DNA of 64,000 nt from a virus (IMGVR_UViG_3300019776_000252:10704-74703), one strand, 5' to 3'; positions 7,740 to 18,576 are shown, counted from the first letter of the stretch. The notes: generated by a model not told the origin, from the sequence alone. Translations and numbers: made by a program.

Positions 7740-8119
7740 AGCCTGCTAATCGTTGGCTTGATCGAAGGGTGGCCCATGCAGGGCCATACCTTACGCTTTG
7801 TCTAAGTGAAGATGAGTTAGCTTTAGTTGGTAAGAAACTAAATCAGAATGGCTTGTATTTCCCTGTAAGTGGTGCTTTGTGTTGCACGTTTGTAAATAAG
7901 AAGTCTGAACAACTGTGTGCTGTTGTTTCGTTATCTTCTTCTGCACAGAGTAAGAATGCAATTGAAATTGCTGGTTTGCTAGTACATGAGGCAGTACATG
8001 TATGGCAAGCTTATATTGAAGACATGGGTGAAAGGTTTCCAGGGGCTGAACAGGAAGCCTATGGCATACAGGCTATATCCCAAGAGTTACTGGCAGAGTA
8101 CGCTAGGAGAATACAGTGA
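7736..8119 (+). CDS. Small HExxH (zincin-like) protein
   Basis: LVHEAVH followed by EQEAY. Confidence 0.65.
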   Translation: MKPANRWLDRRVAHAGPYLTLCLSEDELALVGKKLNQNGLYFPVSGALCCTFVNKKSEQLCAVVSLSSSAQSKNAIEIAGLLVHEAVHVWQAYIEDMGERFPGAEQEAYGIQAISQELLAEYARRIQ

Positions 8120-8805
8120 CAGCATTAACTATTGATCAGTTCAAGCAAGCTTTACCGGATAAGGTAAAGAAGTCTATAAACCAAGAGTTGATAGATCAGA
8201 TTAACACTACGTTGTCTGATCCTGATATGTTTGAGAGTTATAGGGATAACCTGCTTAGTTATACAAAGGTAATGGCTGATGGTAGGTTTAAGATTACTGA
8301 GTATGTAAGTGCTGTGAAGTATGTTAGTCATAAGCTTATGGGAGCTACTAACATTGAGGCTTACAGTAAGACATTCCCCGATAAGATACTTAGGTTTAAT
8401 CAGCAAGGGGTATTGCCAAAGGATATTGCTAGTTATGTCACAGCTTATAACAAGAGTAAGCTGGTTAACCTTATCTTTGAGCAGACGCTGATACCTAGTT
8501 ATGTATTGAATCAGGATTTGTATCAGAGGGCTTTGAATGTGCAGGCTGATCTTATGGTTTCAGCTAAGAGTGAAAAAGTTAGGAGTGATGCTGCTAATAG
8601 TTTGCTTACGCACTTGAAGATGCCTGAGACACAGAAGGTTGAGTTGGAGATTGGTGTTAAAGAGGATTCATCTATCGCCGCATTGAGGGCTAGTACGCTG
8701 GAGTTAGCACGGCAGCAGAGGTTGATGATGGAAGCTGGTGCTATGAATGCACAGCAGGTAGCGCATAGCAAGATTGTTATGGATGTAGAAGCTAAGGAGT
8801 TGTAA
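8116..8805 (+). CDS. N4 gp69-like protein, candidate terminase small subunit
   Basis: Position before TerL; AKSEKVRSDAANSLLTHLK motif. Confidence 0.75.
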   Translation: MTALTIDQFKQALPDKVKKSINQELIDQINTTLSDPDMFESYRDNLLSYTKVMADGRFKITEYVSAVKYVSHKLMGATNIEAYSKTFPDKILRFNQQGVLPKDIASYVTAYNKSKLVNLIFEQTLIPSYVLNQDLYQRALNVQADLMVSAKSEKVRSDAANSLLTHLKMPETQKVELEIGVKEDSSIAALRASTLELARQQRLMMEAGAMNAQQVAHSKIVMDVEAKEL

Positions 8806-9026
8806 TGGGTGAAGGTACTGTAGGGCACATGATGCCTTTGGATGTTACGGCTGCAGTTAGGACAGTGGGTACTGTTCCTATTGGTTTCAGGTTTGGTAAA
8901 TATCCTGATGGCTCTTGTAGGTTGCAGGGTTGTTATATGTGGAATGAGGGTATTAAGCACGGTCAATTGTGGAAAGACATTCCTACTGTGTTTGTTGATC
9001 AACAAGGTCAGGCTATTTATGAGTAA
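8805..9026 (+). CDS. Hypothetical protein
   Basis: AAGGAG RBS, coupled to both neighbours. Confidence 0.6.
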   Translation: MGEGTVGHMMPLDVTAAVRTVGTVPIGFRFGKYPDGSCRLQGCYMWNEGIKHGQLWKDIPTVFVDQQGQAIYE

Positions 9027-10629
9027 TGCTGTAGCCGAGGCATTGGCTCCGTGGAAGGTAGAGGATTACCTTAATAAAACAGACTACTCTGTTGATCCGA
9101 ACTATGTGCCGAGTGAGTTTGCATTGGAGTTTGTTACGTTTATTAAGCTGGTTAATGGTGAGCAAGGTGAAGAAAACCAGACACCAGTAGTTCACTACAA
9201 GATGTTGGATACGCTTACTAAAAGAGGTGAGCGTGTTATTAATCTATGCCATCGGGGTATTGCCAAGACTACAGTGATGGGTGAGTACCTGTTTCTTTAT
9301 ATTGCTACGTATGGCGAGATTCCTGGTTTCGGTAAGGTAGATCTGGCTTTGTATGTAAGTGACTCCATTGAGAATGGTGTTAAGAACATGCGTAAGAACT
9401 TGGAGTTCCGTTGGGAGAACTCTGACTTCTTGAGGATCTATGTGCCCGAGACAAGGTTTACTGATATCCGGTGGGAGTTTAAGAACGCTGATGGCAAGCT
9501 GTTCATTGTTAAGGGGTACGGTGCTAAGACAGGTGTTCGAGGTGCTAAAGAGTTGGGTATCCGTCCACAGTTAGCAGTACTGGATGACTTGATTAGTGAC
9601 GAGGATGCACGTTCGGCTACAGTGATTAGTGCTGTAGAGGATACGGTTTACAAAGCAGTTGACTATGCTTTGCATCCAACTAAGAACTTGATTATCTGGA
9701 GTGGTACTCCGTTTAATAGTAAAGACCCTCTGTATAAGGCTGTAGAGAGTGGAGCATGGGGAGTTAATGTGTTCCCTGTGTGTGAACAGTTCCCTTGTAA
9801 TAGAGAAGATTTCCGTGGTAGCTGGCCTGATCGCTTTACCTATGACTATGTGAAAGGTAAGTACGACAAGGCTGTACTGTCAGGAAAGATTGAAACCTTT
9901 AACCAAGAATTGATGCTACGAATCATGAGTGATGAAGATCGTATGGTTCAGGATAGTGACATTGGTTGGTACAAGATTGATGCTGTGATTAGGAATAAGT
10001 CACGGTTTAACTTCTATATCACCACTGACTTTGCTACTAGCGAGAAGCAGAAGGCTGACTTCTCTGTGATTAGTGTCTGGGCTTACAACAATGTAGGTGA
10101 TTGGCTCTGGGTTGATGGTATCTGTAAGCGCCAGTTAATGAACAAGAACATTGATGACTTGTTTAGGTTGGCTCAGATGTATAAGCCACAGCAAGTAGGT
10201 ATTGAGGTTAGTGGTCAGCAGGGTGGTTTTGTGTCTTGGGTACAGGATCAAATGCTTGAGAGGAACATTTACTTCCCCTTGGCTTCAGAAGGTAATGACA
10301 CTAAGCCTGGGATTAAGCCAAACACTAACAAGATGGTGCGGTTTAATACTGTATTACCTTGGTTTAAGTCTAGGAAAGTATTCTTCCCTATAGAAAAGAA
10401 GTCTGAAGCTACTATTGCCGAGGCTATTAATGAGCTTAGTCTGGTTTCAGTAGGTGGATTCAAGAGTAAACATGATGACTTCATTGATACTATTTCCATG
10501 TTGGGTTCATTAACCCCGTGGAAACCATCTGAAGAAGCTCCTGTTGTTGAATCCAAAGAGGGTAATGGTATGTGGGATGTGGATATAGAGGACAATACGG
10601 TAGATCGTATGGCTTCTTATATTGTTTAA
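9019..10629 (+). CDS. terL: Terminase large subunit (N4 gp68-like)
   Basis: HRGIAKTT, LAVLDD Walker B, SGTP motif, TDFA...DFSV and HDDFID nuclease residues; start moved to ATG 9019. Confidence 0.95.
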   Translation: MSNAVAEALAPWKVEDYLNKTDYSVDPNYVPSEFALEFVTFIKLVNGEQGEENQTPVVHYKMLDTLTKRGERVINLCHRGIAKTTVMGEYLFLYIATYGEIPGFGKVDLALYVSDSIENGVKNMRKNLEFRWENSDFLRIYVPETRFTDIRWEFKNADGKLFIVKGYGAKTGVRGAKELGIRPQLAVLDDLISDEDARSATVISAVEDTVYKAVDYALHPTKNLIIWSGTPFNSKDPLYKAVESGAWGVNVFPVCEQFPCNREDFRGSWPDRFTYDYVKGKYDKAVLSGKIETFNQELMLRIMSDEDRMVQDSDIGWYKIDAVIRNKSRFNFYITTDFATSEKQKADFSVISVWAYNNVGDWLWVDGICKRQLMNKNIDDLFRLAQMYKPQQVGIEVSGQQGGFVSWVQDQMLERNIYFPLASEGNDTKPGIKPNTNKMVRFNTVLPWFKSRKVFFPIEKKSEATIAEAINELSLVSVGGFKSKHDDFIDTISMLGSLTPWKPSEEAPVVESKEGNGMWDVDIEDNTVDRMASYIV

Positions 10630-10638
10630 GGATTGAAA

Positions 10639-11355
10639 ATGAAACTCAGTGAAGTGTTTAACCAGTTGGCTCATGGTGAGCTTACTCAATTGGCTTTGGT
10701 GGATGACACTACAGGTACTATTAAGACCAGTAAGTACCCAGTTATTGTGTCCAATGTGAACCTAGCAATGGCTGCATTGCATAAACGGTTCAATATGAAG
10801 GAGGGTAGGTTGTCTTTTTATCTGGAAACAGGGCGATTGACATACCCATTGAGTACTGCAGAGGATGTGAACTTCTTTGAAGGTAATGGTGATGAGGAAT
10901 TTACCGACAATATCTTGAAGATTGAACGTGTTTATACGGACACTGGCTATGAACTGGGGTTGAATGATGAATCAGATAGCTATTCTTGTAGTACTCCTAC
11001 TGCTACAACTCTTCGTTTATCCCCGTTACTCGCAGCGCAAAGTACGGACCTACCTAGTCAGTTACTTACTAAGTCGCTTACTGTGGTGTATCGGGCTAAT
11101 CCTACTCCTATCAAGTACACAGACAGCTTCAATCCAGCTAGGGTAGACATTGAATTGCCTTATAGCCATCTGGAACCACTGTTGTTCTTCGTGGCTAGTC
11201 GGATTCATAACCCTATTGGTATGACTAATGAGTTCCATGCTGGTAATAACTACGCAGCTAAGTACGAGAAAGCTTGTTTGCAGTTGGAAGAGTCCAATAT
11301 TCAGACAGATCAGGGTAGTCAGAGCACTAAGTTAATCAGAAACGGTTGGGTATAA
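10639..11355 (+). CDS. Head-tail adaptor (N4 gp67-like)
   Basis: Follows TerL; MKLSEVF..L..GEL start, LP...LEPLL.FVASR, C-terminal RNGWV. Confidence 0.8.
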   Translation: MKLSEVFNQLAHGELTQLALVDDTTGTIKTSKYPVIVSNVNLAMAALHKRFNMKEGRLSFYLETGRLTYPLSTAEDVNFFEGNGDEEFTDNILKIERVYTDTGYELGLNDESDSYSCSTPTATTLRLSPLLAAQSTDLPSQLLTKSLTVVYRANPTPIKYTDSFNPARVDIELPYSHLEPLLFFVASRIHNPIGMTNEFHAGNNYAAKYEKACLQLEESNIQTDQGSQSTKLIRNGWV

Positions 11356-11385
11356 AAAGAAAAGGCTCCCGAAGGAGCCTTTCTT
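11354..11385. terminator. Bidirectional terminator between convergent genes
   Basis: AGGCTCC-CGAA-GGAGCCT with A and T flanks. Confidence 0.85.
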
Positions 11386-11399
11386 ATTGATGGCTTAGG

Positions 11400-11522
11400 T
11401 TATTGAGGGGCTTCCTCAACCAAAGTGGTAGTGGTTGTCACTACGCCAGCTTCATCTTGGAAAGATTCCGACAGATAAAGAGCACCAGTCTCATCACGGT
11501 AGTAGCATTCACCAGTTTTCAT
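11400..11522 (-). CDS. 40-aa protein coupled to the 899-aa gene (not in ORF track)
   Basis: MKTGECYYRDETGALYLSESFQDEAGVVTTTTTLVEEAPQ; GGAGG RBS. Confidence 0.65.
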   Translation of the reverse strand: MKTGECYYRDETGALYLSESFQDEAGVVTTTTTLVEEAPQ

Positions 11523-11524
11523 GA

Positions 11525-14224
11525 TTAACCTCCAAAGGCTTTAAGGGAAATGTAGCCAAGAGTAGCACCAGAACCTGCTCCGGTAACGATTGCTCGTACA
11601 AAGGCAGCATTACGCAAAGAGTAAGTGGCTTCTTTTGTAGAGTTTGCTACTGTAGCAATGGCAGTACCCAAGTCATACCAGTTAGCATTGTCTTCAGACC
11701 CTTGGATTGTGATCGAAGGTGCAGTAGTAGTGACTGCTCCCATGTTAATCACAGCTTGAACGTTGGCTGCTTCAAAGACAGGCAATACTGTAGAGGTAGA
11801 GTTAGCTGTATTAACAGCCAAAGCCCGATCAAACAGACGACGTAGCTGGCTTGCAGGGGAGAATGGCAAGATGCTACGGTTTACAGCCATAGTAAAGCTA
11901 GGCGAAGTACCACTGAGAGTACGAACATAGCGAATATTTTGACCAGCAACACGTAATACAGGGCTGTTGTATGAACCAGTAGCGGTAATACGTGGGAATT
12001 CATAGAGAGTTACCCAGTTAGTACCACCATCATAGGACTCTTCAACACGAACATCCATAGCTGGAGTAGTTCCGGTAACTGCTGTCACTGCAAGATTAAA
12101 TTGAAATGCATTACCGTGTGTATTGGTAAGGCTTGATGATGTAGTAGTGCTGGTGATAGCAGCAGAAGCAACATCATTAATCCTAGTAACAGCAGGGTGG
12201 ATAGGCCAACCACCGAAACCGGTAGAAGTACTGATGGTTGCAGTAGTACCTTGAGCTACAGTAACACCACTCAATACGTTAACTGGAAGAGCACGATCCC
12301 AACGACCAGATCCTTGACCTTCAATACGGGTTACTGAATCATTCCAGCTTTCCATTTGAAAGTCGTGCAGACGTGCAGTAGGACGCAAGATCACAGTACC
12401 ACCACAGTTAGTACTGTTAAGTGTTCCTAGAGCAGGACTGATACGATTACCGTTGATATCAAAGATAGGTTCTAGATACAGGGTAGTTGTAGCTATACCG
12501 GTGATTTCCCAAGCACCATCAAGACCGAGGGTTGTACCATCAGTAGCGTTACCCATTCCATGAATGTTGATGTAATCTCCTGCAGCTAACAACGCCCAGT
12601 TAGCAGAACCTACTAGCATTAGTCCGTTGTTACCGGAAGACGTAGTAAAGCTGCTTGCTTGTTGGATAGTCTGTGTAATAACTCCTGGAAGATTCTTCAT
12701 TCCATTAGCAACGGATACAGAACCACCATACGAAGTGGCAATTGCAGCAGCACCCCAAGTTACAGTAAAGGTGTTAGCACCTGTCACTGTAATAGCTACA
12801 CCAGATACGTTAGGATAGTTTGTTACAGCATCACGGGAACCTGTAAGATTTACAAGAGTACCTGTAATCAATCCATGAGCACCATCGGTATAAACCGTAG
12901 CAGTAGAAGAAGCAGTAAGCTTTTCTGCTTTAAGGATCTTGATGGTAGGACGTACCATGCTGATCGGCTTATACAGACGAATACGTGGAGTAAGGTAAGC
13001 ACCTACTAGTGGTTTAACGCTAGTACGGGTGTCACGATTAGAAAATACACCGTTGGATTGCTCACCTTTATCCATAAAGTTGACCATATTAGGTTCAACT
13101 TGTATGCGATAACGAATGTTAGAACGAAGTTCATATTGGCCTGTAGTAGCTCCAGACACATAGTTTGGACCCATATTTCCAACGGTTGTTCGCTGATCGC
13201 CAGTAGCAGAACCAGATACTTGTGTATCTGCGCTTGCAAAGCAAGTCAGTAAAGCCGCAGTGGTATTGGAGTTACCGCTGTAACGAATACCTACTGCATT
13301 ACGGGCACCAGTAAAGTCTTGATAGAAAGAAACTTTAGCAGTACCAAGAGTAGGTGTAACTGTTCGTGCTGCAGAACCTACTGTACTTTCATCAGCCACT
13401 TGGCAAGCAATTGTCTTGCGGTCATAGCTGATGTAATAGATACAGAGGTTTTGATAATTCAAACCTACGTAATCTCCAGTAAGACCTGTAACGTTTATCC
13501 AATCACCGAGATAAATAGAACGATTACCGCCAATCTCAGGAAGTGCTGTCTCTAGGTTAATAGTTACATGAGTACCTGCTGTGGCGTTATATGCACCACC
13601 ATATGAATTACTACACTGATAGATGCTTGTAATATTAATTGGATCAGTTAAGGGTGCTGGACCTGCAGCAGGATTCTCAAACAAAGAGAGAATTGCAAAG
13701 TGTTGGGCAGCATGAACAAAAGTTAAAGCTGCTTCCAATGCAGCAGGCTGCATAACACCGGCTTTACCGTAGATATTAGACTCACCAGTAGTCAAAGGAT
13801 TACCAGACAAAGCCAGAATGTTCTGACCATTGGTTCCCTTCTGGAAGGTAACAAAGTCACCGCCAGCAGTATCTACACTAGAGAAGTTATTGAACTGACC
13901 AAGGTACTCAACCTCATCTTGGATGTGAGTAAGAGCTTGGACAATCTGACCAGTAGTAGAAGGAGCATCAGAAATAACTAGGTCTGCAGTAGCTGGTTTA
14001 GAACCTGCAGCTACCTTAGCCCAGACATATCCGTTACCTAGTACACCACGAGATACAGCATCAGTCTTAGATAGACGATGACCTGTAACAGTGGGTACAA
14101 AGTCACCAGAAGTAGTAGCAAACTCCAAGACTGCATTGGATTCCCAAGAAATCATGAAGTTAAGATAGGATGTGTCAGCAATCTTGGTCCAAGAAGTACC
14201 AACAGACTTATTAATAGTCGTCAT
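11525..14224 (-). CDS. Putative virion adhesin / decoration protein, beta-rich
   Basis: T/G/S/A-rich 899 aa; AHGL.TG..V.L.G modules; two C-terminal beta-sandwich repeats (EESYDGGTNW / QGSEDNANW). Confidence 0.6.
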   Translation of the reverse strand: MTTINKSVGTSWTKIADTSYLNFMISWESNAVLEFATTSGDFVPTVTGHRLSKTDAVSRGVLGNGYVWAKVAAGSKPATADLVISDAPSTTGQIVQALTHIQDEVEYLGQFNNFSSVDTAGGDFVTFQKGTNGQNILALSGNPLTTGESNIYGKAGVMQPAALEAALTFVHAAQHFAILSLFENPAAGPAPLTDPINITSIYQCSNSYGGAYNATAGTHVTINLETALPEIGGNRSIYLGDWINVTGLTGDYVGLNYQNLCIYYISYDRKTIACQVADESTVGSAARTVTPTLGTAKVSFYQDFTGARNAVGIRYSGNSNTTAALLTCFASADTQVSGSATGDQRTTVGNMGPNYVSGATTGQYELRSNIRYRIQVEPNMVNFMDKGEQSNGVFSNRDTRTSVKPLVGAYLTPRIRLYKPISMVRPTIKILKAEKLTASSTATVYTDGAHGLITGTLVNLTGSRDAVTNYPNVSGVAITVTGANTFTVTWGAAAIATSYGGSVSVANGMKNLPGVITQTIQQASSFTTSSGNNGLMLVGSANWALLAAGDYINIHGMGNATDGTTLGLDGAWEITGIATTTLYLEPIFDINGNRISPALGTLNSTNCGGTVILRPTARLHDFQMESWNDSVTRIEGQGSGRWDRALPVNVLSGVTVAQGTTATISTSTGFGGWPIHPAVTRINDVASAAITSTTTSSSLTNTHGNAFQFNLAVTAVTGTTPAMDVRVEESYDGGTNWVTLYEFPRITATGSYNSPVLRVAGQNIRYVRTLSGTSPSFTMAVNRSILPFSPASQLRRLFDRALAVNTANSTSTVLPVFEAANVQAVINMGAVTTTAPSITIQGSEDNANWYDLGTAIATVANSTKEATYSLRNAAFVRAIVTGAGSGATLGYISLKAFGG

Positions 14225-14303
14225 AAATGGCCTTTAAAGAGGTTGGAAGGGTATTTTTGTAATGGGTAAATTAATACCCACTACATAATGAACCCCATCT
14301 AGC

Positions 14304-14726
14304 TTATTTACCTGATGATCCAAAACCACCATCTCCGCGTAAAGTTTCTGTTAGGGAGTCAACGCGCTCTAGTGTAACGTTAATCACAGGAATTAGGACA
14401 AACTGCAGCAGTCTATCTCCTGCAGGCCAGGAATAAGACTCACCATTCTTGGTTTTGAGTACTGCTTTCCATTCACCACGGTAATCTGAGTCAATTACCC
14501 CAGCAGTATTGTTTAATTCAATACCAAACTTAGCTCCAGCACTGGATCTAGGTAGTAATAGGGCAATATAACCCTCTGGAACTTCAGCAGCGAAGCCTAA
14601 ATTCACGGTAATAGTATCGTTCTGTGGGATACTACCCTCTTCTGGCATATACAAGTCATACCCACCTGCTCCATTGCTACCCTTTGTAGGCATAATTAGC
14701 TTAGGATGTAGAGGTTTAATACGCAT
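14304..14726 (-). CDS. dut: Trimeric dUTPase
   Basis: AGGYDL, PRSS, GVIDSDYRGE, RGDGGFGSSG motifs. Confidence 0.97.
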   Translation of the reverse strand: MRIKPLHPKLIMPTKGSNGAGGYDLYMPEEGSIPQNDTITVNLGFAAEVPEGYIALLLPRSSAGAKFGIELNNTAGVIDSDYRGEWKAVLKTKNGESYSWPAGDRLLQFVLIPVINVTLERVDSLTETLRGDGGFGSSGK

Positions 14727-14791
14727 TAGATTGCCTTTCTTTGGTTAAATTGTGGATAACCACATTGTAAATACATGGAGTTTCAATAACT

Positions 14792-16966
14792 ATGACTGAA
14801 GCTGACCAAGATCTATCGGAAGATAACACACCACTGGTTTCGTGGAAGAATCCTCCGACTATTCGAGAACTTAAGCAAGATTTGCTTGAGGCTCAACCTA
14901 TCAAGGATGCTCAGGTTAGTCAGATTGATACTTGGCTTGACAACCTTAATGTCACCAATGGAGCAAAAGTTGATACTCCAAAGGGTAACTCTAAGATTGT
15001 TCCTCGGCTTATCCGTAAACAAGCAGAGTGGCGATACGCAGCATTGTCAGAACCATTCCTGAGTACAGATGACGTATTCAATGTACGTCCTATTACTTGG
15101 GAAGATCGTAAAGCTGCTCAACAGAACCAGTTGGTTCTGAACCATCAGTTCAATACTCAGATTGACAAGACGGAATTCATTGATGAGTACGTTCGTACTG
15201 CTGTAGATGAGGGTACTGTTATTGTTAGAGTGGGTTGGGAATTCCATGAAGAACAGTACGAAGGTACGTTTCCTCAAGTGGAATATAGGGTAAACCCTGA
15301 TGTGGTTCCTGTGATTCAGCAACTGGATCAGTTGAAGAAAGAATCTCCAAGCCAGTTTGATACAGACGTTCCTGAAGAGCTTAAGCAAGCTTATGAACTC
15401 AGTATGGAACAAGGACAGCCTATTGAGGCTGTTGTTGTGGGTCAAGTTAAGGAAACTCGTACCCGTACAGTGAAGAATGCTCCTACGGTGGAGATCTGTA
15501 ACTATCGGAATGTCACTATTGATCCCACTTGTAAGGGTGATATTGATAAGGCTGGCTTCCTGATTTACAGCTTTGAGTCTTCTATTTCCAAGTTGAAGAA
15601 AGACGGGAAATACAAGAATCTGAATAAGATTAATCTGGATGGAAACTCTATCCTTGGTCAACCAGACCATACTCCAGAACGTAATACCAACTCATTTAAC
15701 TTCAGTGATAAGTCACGTAAGAAGTTCATTGTTCATGAATACTGGGGTTACTGGGATATTGATGGTTCTGGTATTGTTAAACCATTTGTAGCTGCTTGGG
15801 TTGGTGAAACTCTGATCCGTTTGGAAGAGAATCCTTTCCCAGATAAGAAGATTCCCTTCGTTATTGCACAGTATTTGCCTGTTCGCCGTAGTATTTATGG
15901 TGAACCTGATGGTGCTTTGCTGGAAGATAACCAGAAGATCATTGGTGCTGTTACCCGTGGAATGATTGACATTATGGGTAAGTCTGCCAATGGTCAGACA
16001 GGTGTTCGTAAGGATATGTTGGATACCACTAATCGGAGAAAATTCGATAAGGGTATGGATTATGAGTTCAATGCAAATGTTGATCCACGTCAAGGAATAC
16101 ATATGCATACATATCCAGAGATTCCTCAGTCTGCTCAGTTCATGCTTCAGATGCAGAACATGGAAGCTGAGTCACTTACTGGTGTTAAGTCCTTTAGTCA
16201 GGGTGTTTCTGGCAATAGCCTGGGAGATGTAGCTGCTGGAGTACGTGGAGCACTGGATGCAGCTTCCAAGCGTGAATTGGGTATTCTCCGTAGGCTTAGT
16301 GCTGGAATTATTAAGATTGGACGCAAGATTGTCAGTATGAATGCTGAATTTCTCTCTGATAAAGAGGTTATTCGCATTACAAATGACCAGTTTGTAACCA
16401 TCCGTAAGGATGATTTGGCTGGCAATTTCGACCTTAAATTGTCTATTTCTACTGCAGAAGAAGACAATAACAAGGCTCAGGAACTGGCTTTTATGCTTCA
16501 GACTATGGGTAATAACATGGACCCAGAATTGTCTAAGATGATTCTGTCTGATATTGCCAAGCTTCGTAAGATGCCTGATATGGCTAAGAAGATTGAAGCT
16601 TATCAGCCACAACCCAATCCAATACTCCAAGAGAAAGCTCAGTTGGAGAATGAACTACTTAAAGCTCAGATTGCCAAAGAGAATGCTCAAGCTCAACTGG
16701 CTTTGAGTTCTGTTGGAGTGCATCAGAGTAAAGCACTTACTGAACAAGCTAAGGCTGCACATATTAAGAGTGATACTGACCTGAAGAATCTAGACTTTAT
16801 TGAACAAGAGTCTGGTGTTAAACAGGAACGTGACCTACAAAAGGTTGGTGAACAAGCTAGAAGCCAAGCTGAGTTAAAGAAGCTGGATTTACATATGCAA
16901 GATAAAGAACATATGCATGATTTCACTATGGCTCATTTGCAAAATCAACAAAATAATAAACAATAA
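14792..16966 (+). CDS. Portal protein (N4 gp59-like)
   Basis: PRLIRKQAEWRYAALSEPFL motif, size, synteny. Confidence 0.93.
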   Translation: MTEADQDLSEDNTPLVSWKNPPTIRELKQDLLEAQPIKDAQVSQIDTWLDNLNVTNGAKVDTPKGNSKIVPRLIRKQAEWRYAALSEPFLSTDDVFNVRPITWEDRKAAQQNQLVLNHQFNTQIDKTEFIDEYVRTAVDEGTVIVRVGWEFHEEQYEGTFPQVEYRVNPDVVPVIQQLDQLKKESPSQFDTDVPEELKQAYELSMEQGQPIEAVVVGQVKETRTRTVKNAPTVEICNYRNVTIDPTCKGDIDKAGFLIYSFESSISKLKKDGKYKNLNKINLDGNSILGQPDHTPERNTNSFNFSDKSRKKFIVHEYWGYWDIDGSGIVKPFVAAWVGETLIRLEENPFPDKKIPFVIAQYLPVRRSIYGEPDGALLEDNQKIIGAVTRGMIDIMGKSANGQTGVRKDMLDTTNRRKFDKGMDYEFNANVDPRQGIHMHTYPEIPQSAQFMLQMQNMEAESLTGVKSFSQGVSGNSLGDVAAGVRGALDAASKRELGILRRLSAGIIKIGRKIVSMNAEFLSDKEVIRITNDQFVTIRKDDLAGNFDLKLSISTAEEDNNKAQELAFMLQTMGNNMDPELSKMILSDIAKLRKMPDMAKKIEAYQPQPNPILQEKAQLENELLKAQIAKENAQAQLALSSVGVHQSKALTEQAKAAHIKSDTDLKNLDFIEQESGVKQERDLQKVGEQARSQAELKKLDLHMQDKEHMHDFTMAHLQNQQNNKQ

Positions 16967-17018
16967 ATATTTTGTTGTATAGTTACGCCCGTTAACCCTC
17001 TATTAACTTTAGAAAGCA

Positions 17019-17384
17019 ATGGTAGAAACTACGATGAGTAACGTTCAAGCAATTAAAGAGATTGATCTAAATATTAAACAGGCACAGAACTTTGTTGATC
17101 TAGGTAAATCCCTAGAACGACTGCGTTCTAACCGAGACTTCAAGGCAGTAATCCTTGATGGTTATTTGGAGAAAGAAGCAATTCGTTTGGTTCACTTGAA
17201 ATCTGATCCTAATATGCAGACTTCTGAGCGTCAGGAAAGTATTGTTAAGCAGATTGATGCTATTGGTGCTTTGAACCAATACTTCACTACTGTTTTGCAA
17301 CAAGCTAACCTGGCTTCTCGTGCTATTGCAGCCGATGAAGAAACTCGTGAAGAACTGCTTGCGGAGGATGTAGCAAATGGCTAA
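17019..17384 (+). CDS. N4 gp58-like protein
   Basis: LERL..NRDFK.VI..GY motif; between portal and gp57; start may be 17034. Confidence 0.75.
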   Translation: MVETTMSNVQAIKEIDLNIKQAQNFVDLGKSLERLRSNRDFKAVILDGYLEKEAIRLVHLKSDPNMQTSERQESIVKQIDAIGALNQYFTTVLQQANLASRAIAADEETREELLAEDVANG

Positions 17385-18576
17385 ACAATCTGATCAAGAC
17401 GAGTTGAATTCCATTCTTGGAATGTCGGATGAAGAGCTTATGAAGCTCGATCCGTCTACGCTTACAGCCACTCAAGAAGTAGTTGAAGAGGAAAGCAAGG
17501 ACGAGGTAGCAGACGAAGCGGTAGCGGAGTCTGCAGACACCGAGTCCGAAGCTTCCGATGCCAAGGAAGATGATGCAGAAGATAAAGAAGAGTCTAAGGA
17601 AGCTTCTGAAGATGCTGCTGAGTCTGAAGATAAAGAGGACGATAAGGAAGCTGAAGATGAGCAAAAAAGCCCAGATTCAAAAGCTAAACCTGATCAGAAA
17701 CCAGACGCTGAAGCCAAGCCAGATAAAACTGTTGAAGCTGAAAGCGTTGATTACAAGGCTGCGTATGAACGAATCCTTGCGCCATTTAAGGCGAATGGTC
17801 GTGATATTGCAGTCAAGTCTGTTGACGATGCTATTGCTCTTATGCAAATGGGAGCTAACTATAGCAAGAAGATGGCGGCTCTCAAGCCAAACTTGAAGCT
17901 GCTTAAGCTGTTGGAAAACAATGGCTTGTTAAATGAAGAACGCATTAGTTTTTTGATTGACGTTGAGAAAAAGAATCCCAGCGCAATCAACAAACTGGTC
18001 AAGGACAGTGGAATAGATCCTATGGATCTAGACGCTGAGAAAGCAGGCGATTACAAACCCAATACATACTCGGTTGATGATCGTGAGATGGAGTTAGAAG
18101 CAGTACTTGAGGAAATTCAAGATACTCCTACCTATGCTCGTACTCTAGAAGTCGTTAGCAAAGTATGGGATGGTCAAAGCAAACAAGTAATTGCAAGTTC
18201 TCCCCAACTGCTCAAGGTAATTAACGACCACATGAATAGTGGTATTTACGACCTGATTAGCAAGGAGATTGAGAACGAGCGCGTGTTTGGTCGCTTGAAG
18301 GGTTTGTCTGATATTGAAGCCTACCGGCAAGTCGGAGATTCAATACAGGCTCGTGGTGGGTTTGCTCATTTGGGACGCCAAGGACAACAAACCTCCGATA
18401 AGCCTGTAGTGGTCACACCGAAACCGAAGATGGTCGATGAAGCCAAGCTGCGTGACAAAAAGCGAGCTGCAAGCTCAACTAAACCTGCTGCACCTAGTAG
18501 TCAGATTGCTAAGGATTTCAATCCTTTGGCTTTGTCTGATGAAGAGTTCAGCAAAGCCGCAAGTCTCAAGTATTAA
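17377..18576 (+). CDS. N4 gp57-like protein (scaffold / 'tape measure')
   Basis: Acidic disordered N-terminus, PFKANG, LMQMGANY, NPLALSDEEF; directly before MCP. Confidence 0.85.
   Translation: MAKQSDQDELNSILGMSDEELMKLDPSTLTATQEVVEEESKDEVADEAVAESADTESEASDAKEDDAEDKEESKEASEDAAESEDKEDDKEAEDEQKSPDSKAKPDQKPDAEAKPDKTVEAESVDYKAAYERILAPFKANGRDIAVKSVDDAIALMQMGANYSKKMAALKPNLKLLKLLENNGLLNEERISFLIDVEKKNPSAINKLVKDSGIDPMDLDAEKAGDYKPNTYSVDDREMELEAVLEEIQDTPTYARTLEVVSKVWDGQSKQVIASSPQLLKVINDHMNSGIYDLISKEIENERVFGRLKGLSDIEAYRQVGDSIQARGGFAHLGRQGQQTSDKPVVVTPKPKMVDEAKLRDKKRAASSTKPAAPSSQIAKDFNPLALSDEEFSKAASLKY

Noticed and set aside
8842-9018. N-terminal extension of TerL in the track
   Set aside because: Overlaps the 73-aa gene; ATG 9019 fits better
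14751-14759. Perfect DnaA box (TGTGGATAA) between dut and portal
   Set aside because: Single copy, part of a small palindrome, no cluster or unwinding element; not enough to call an origin
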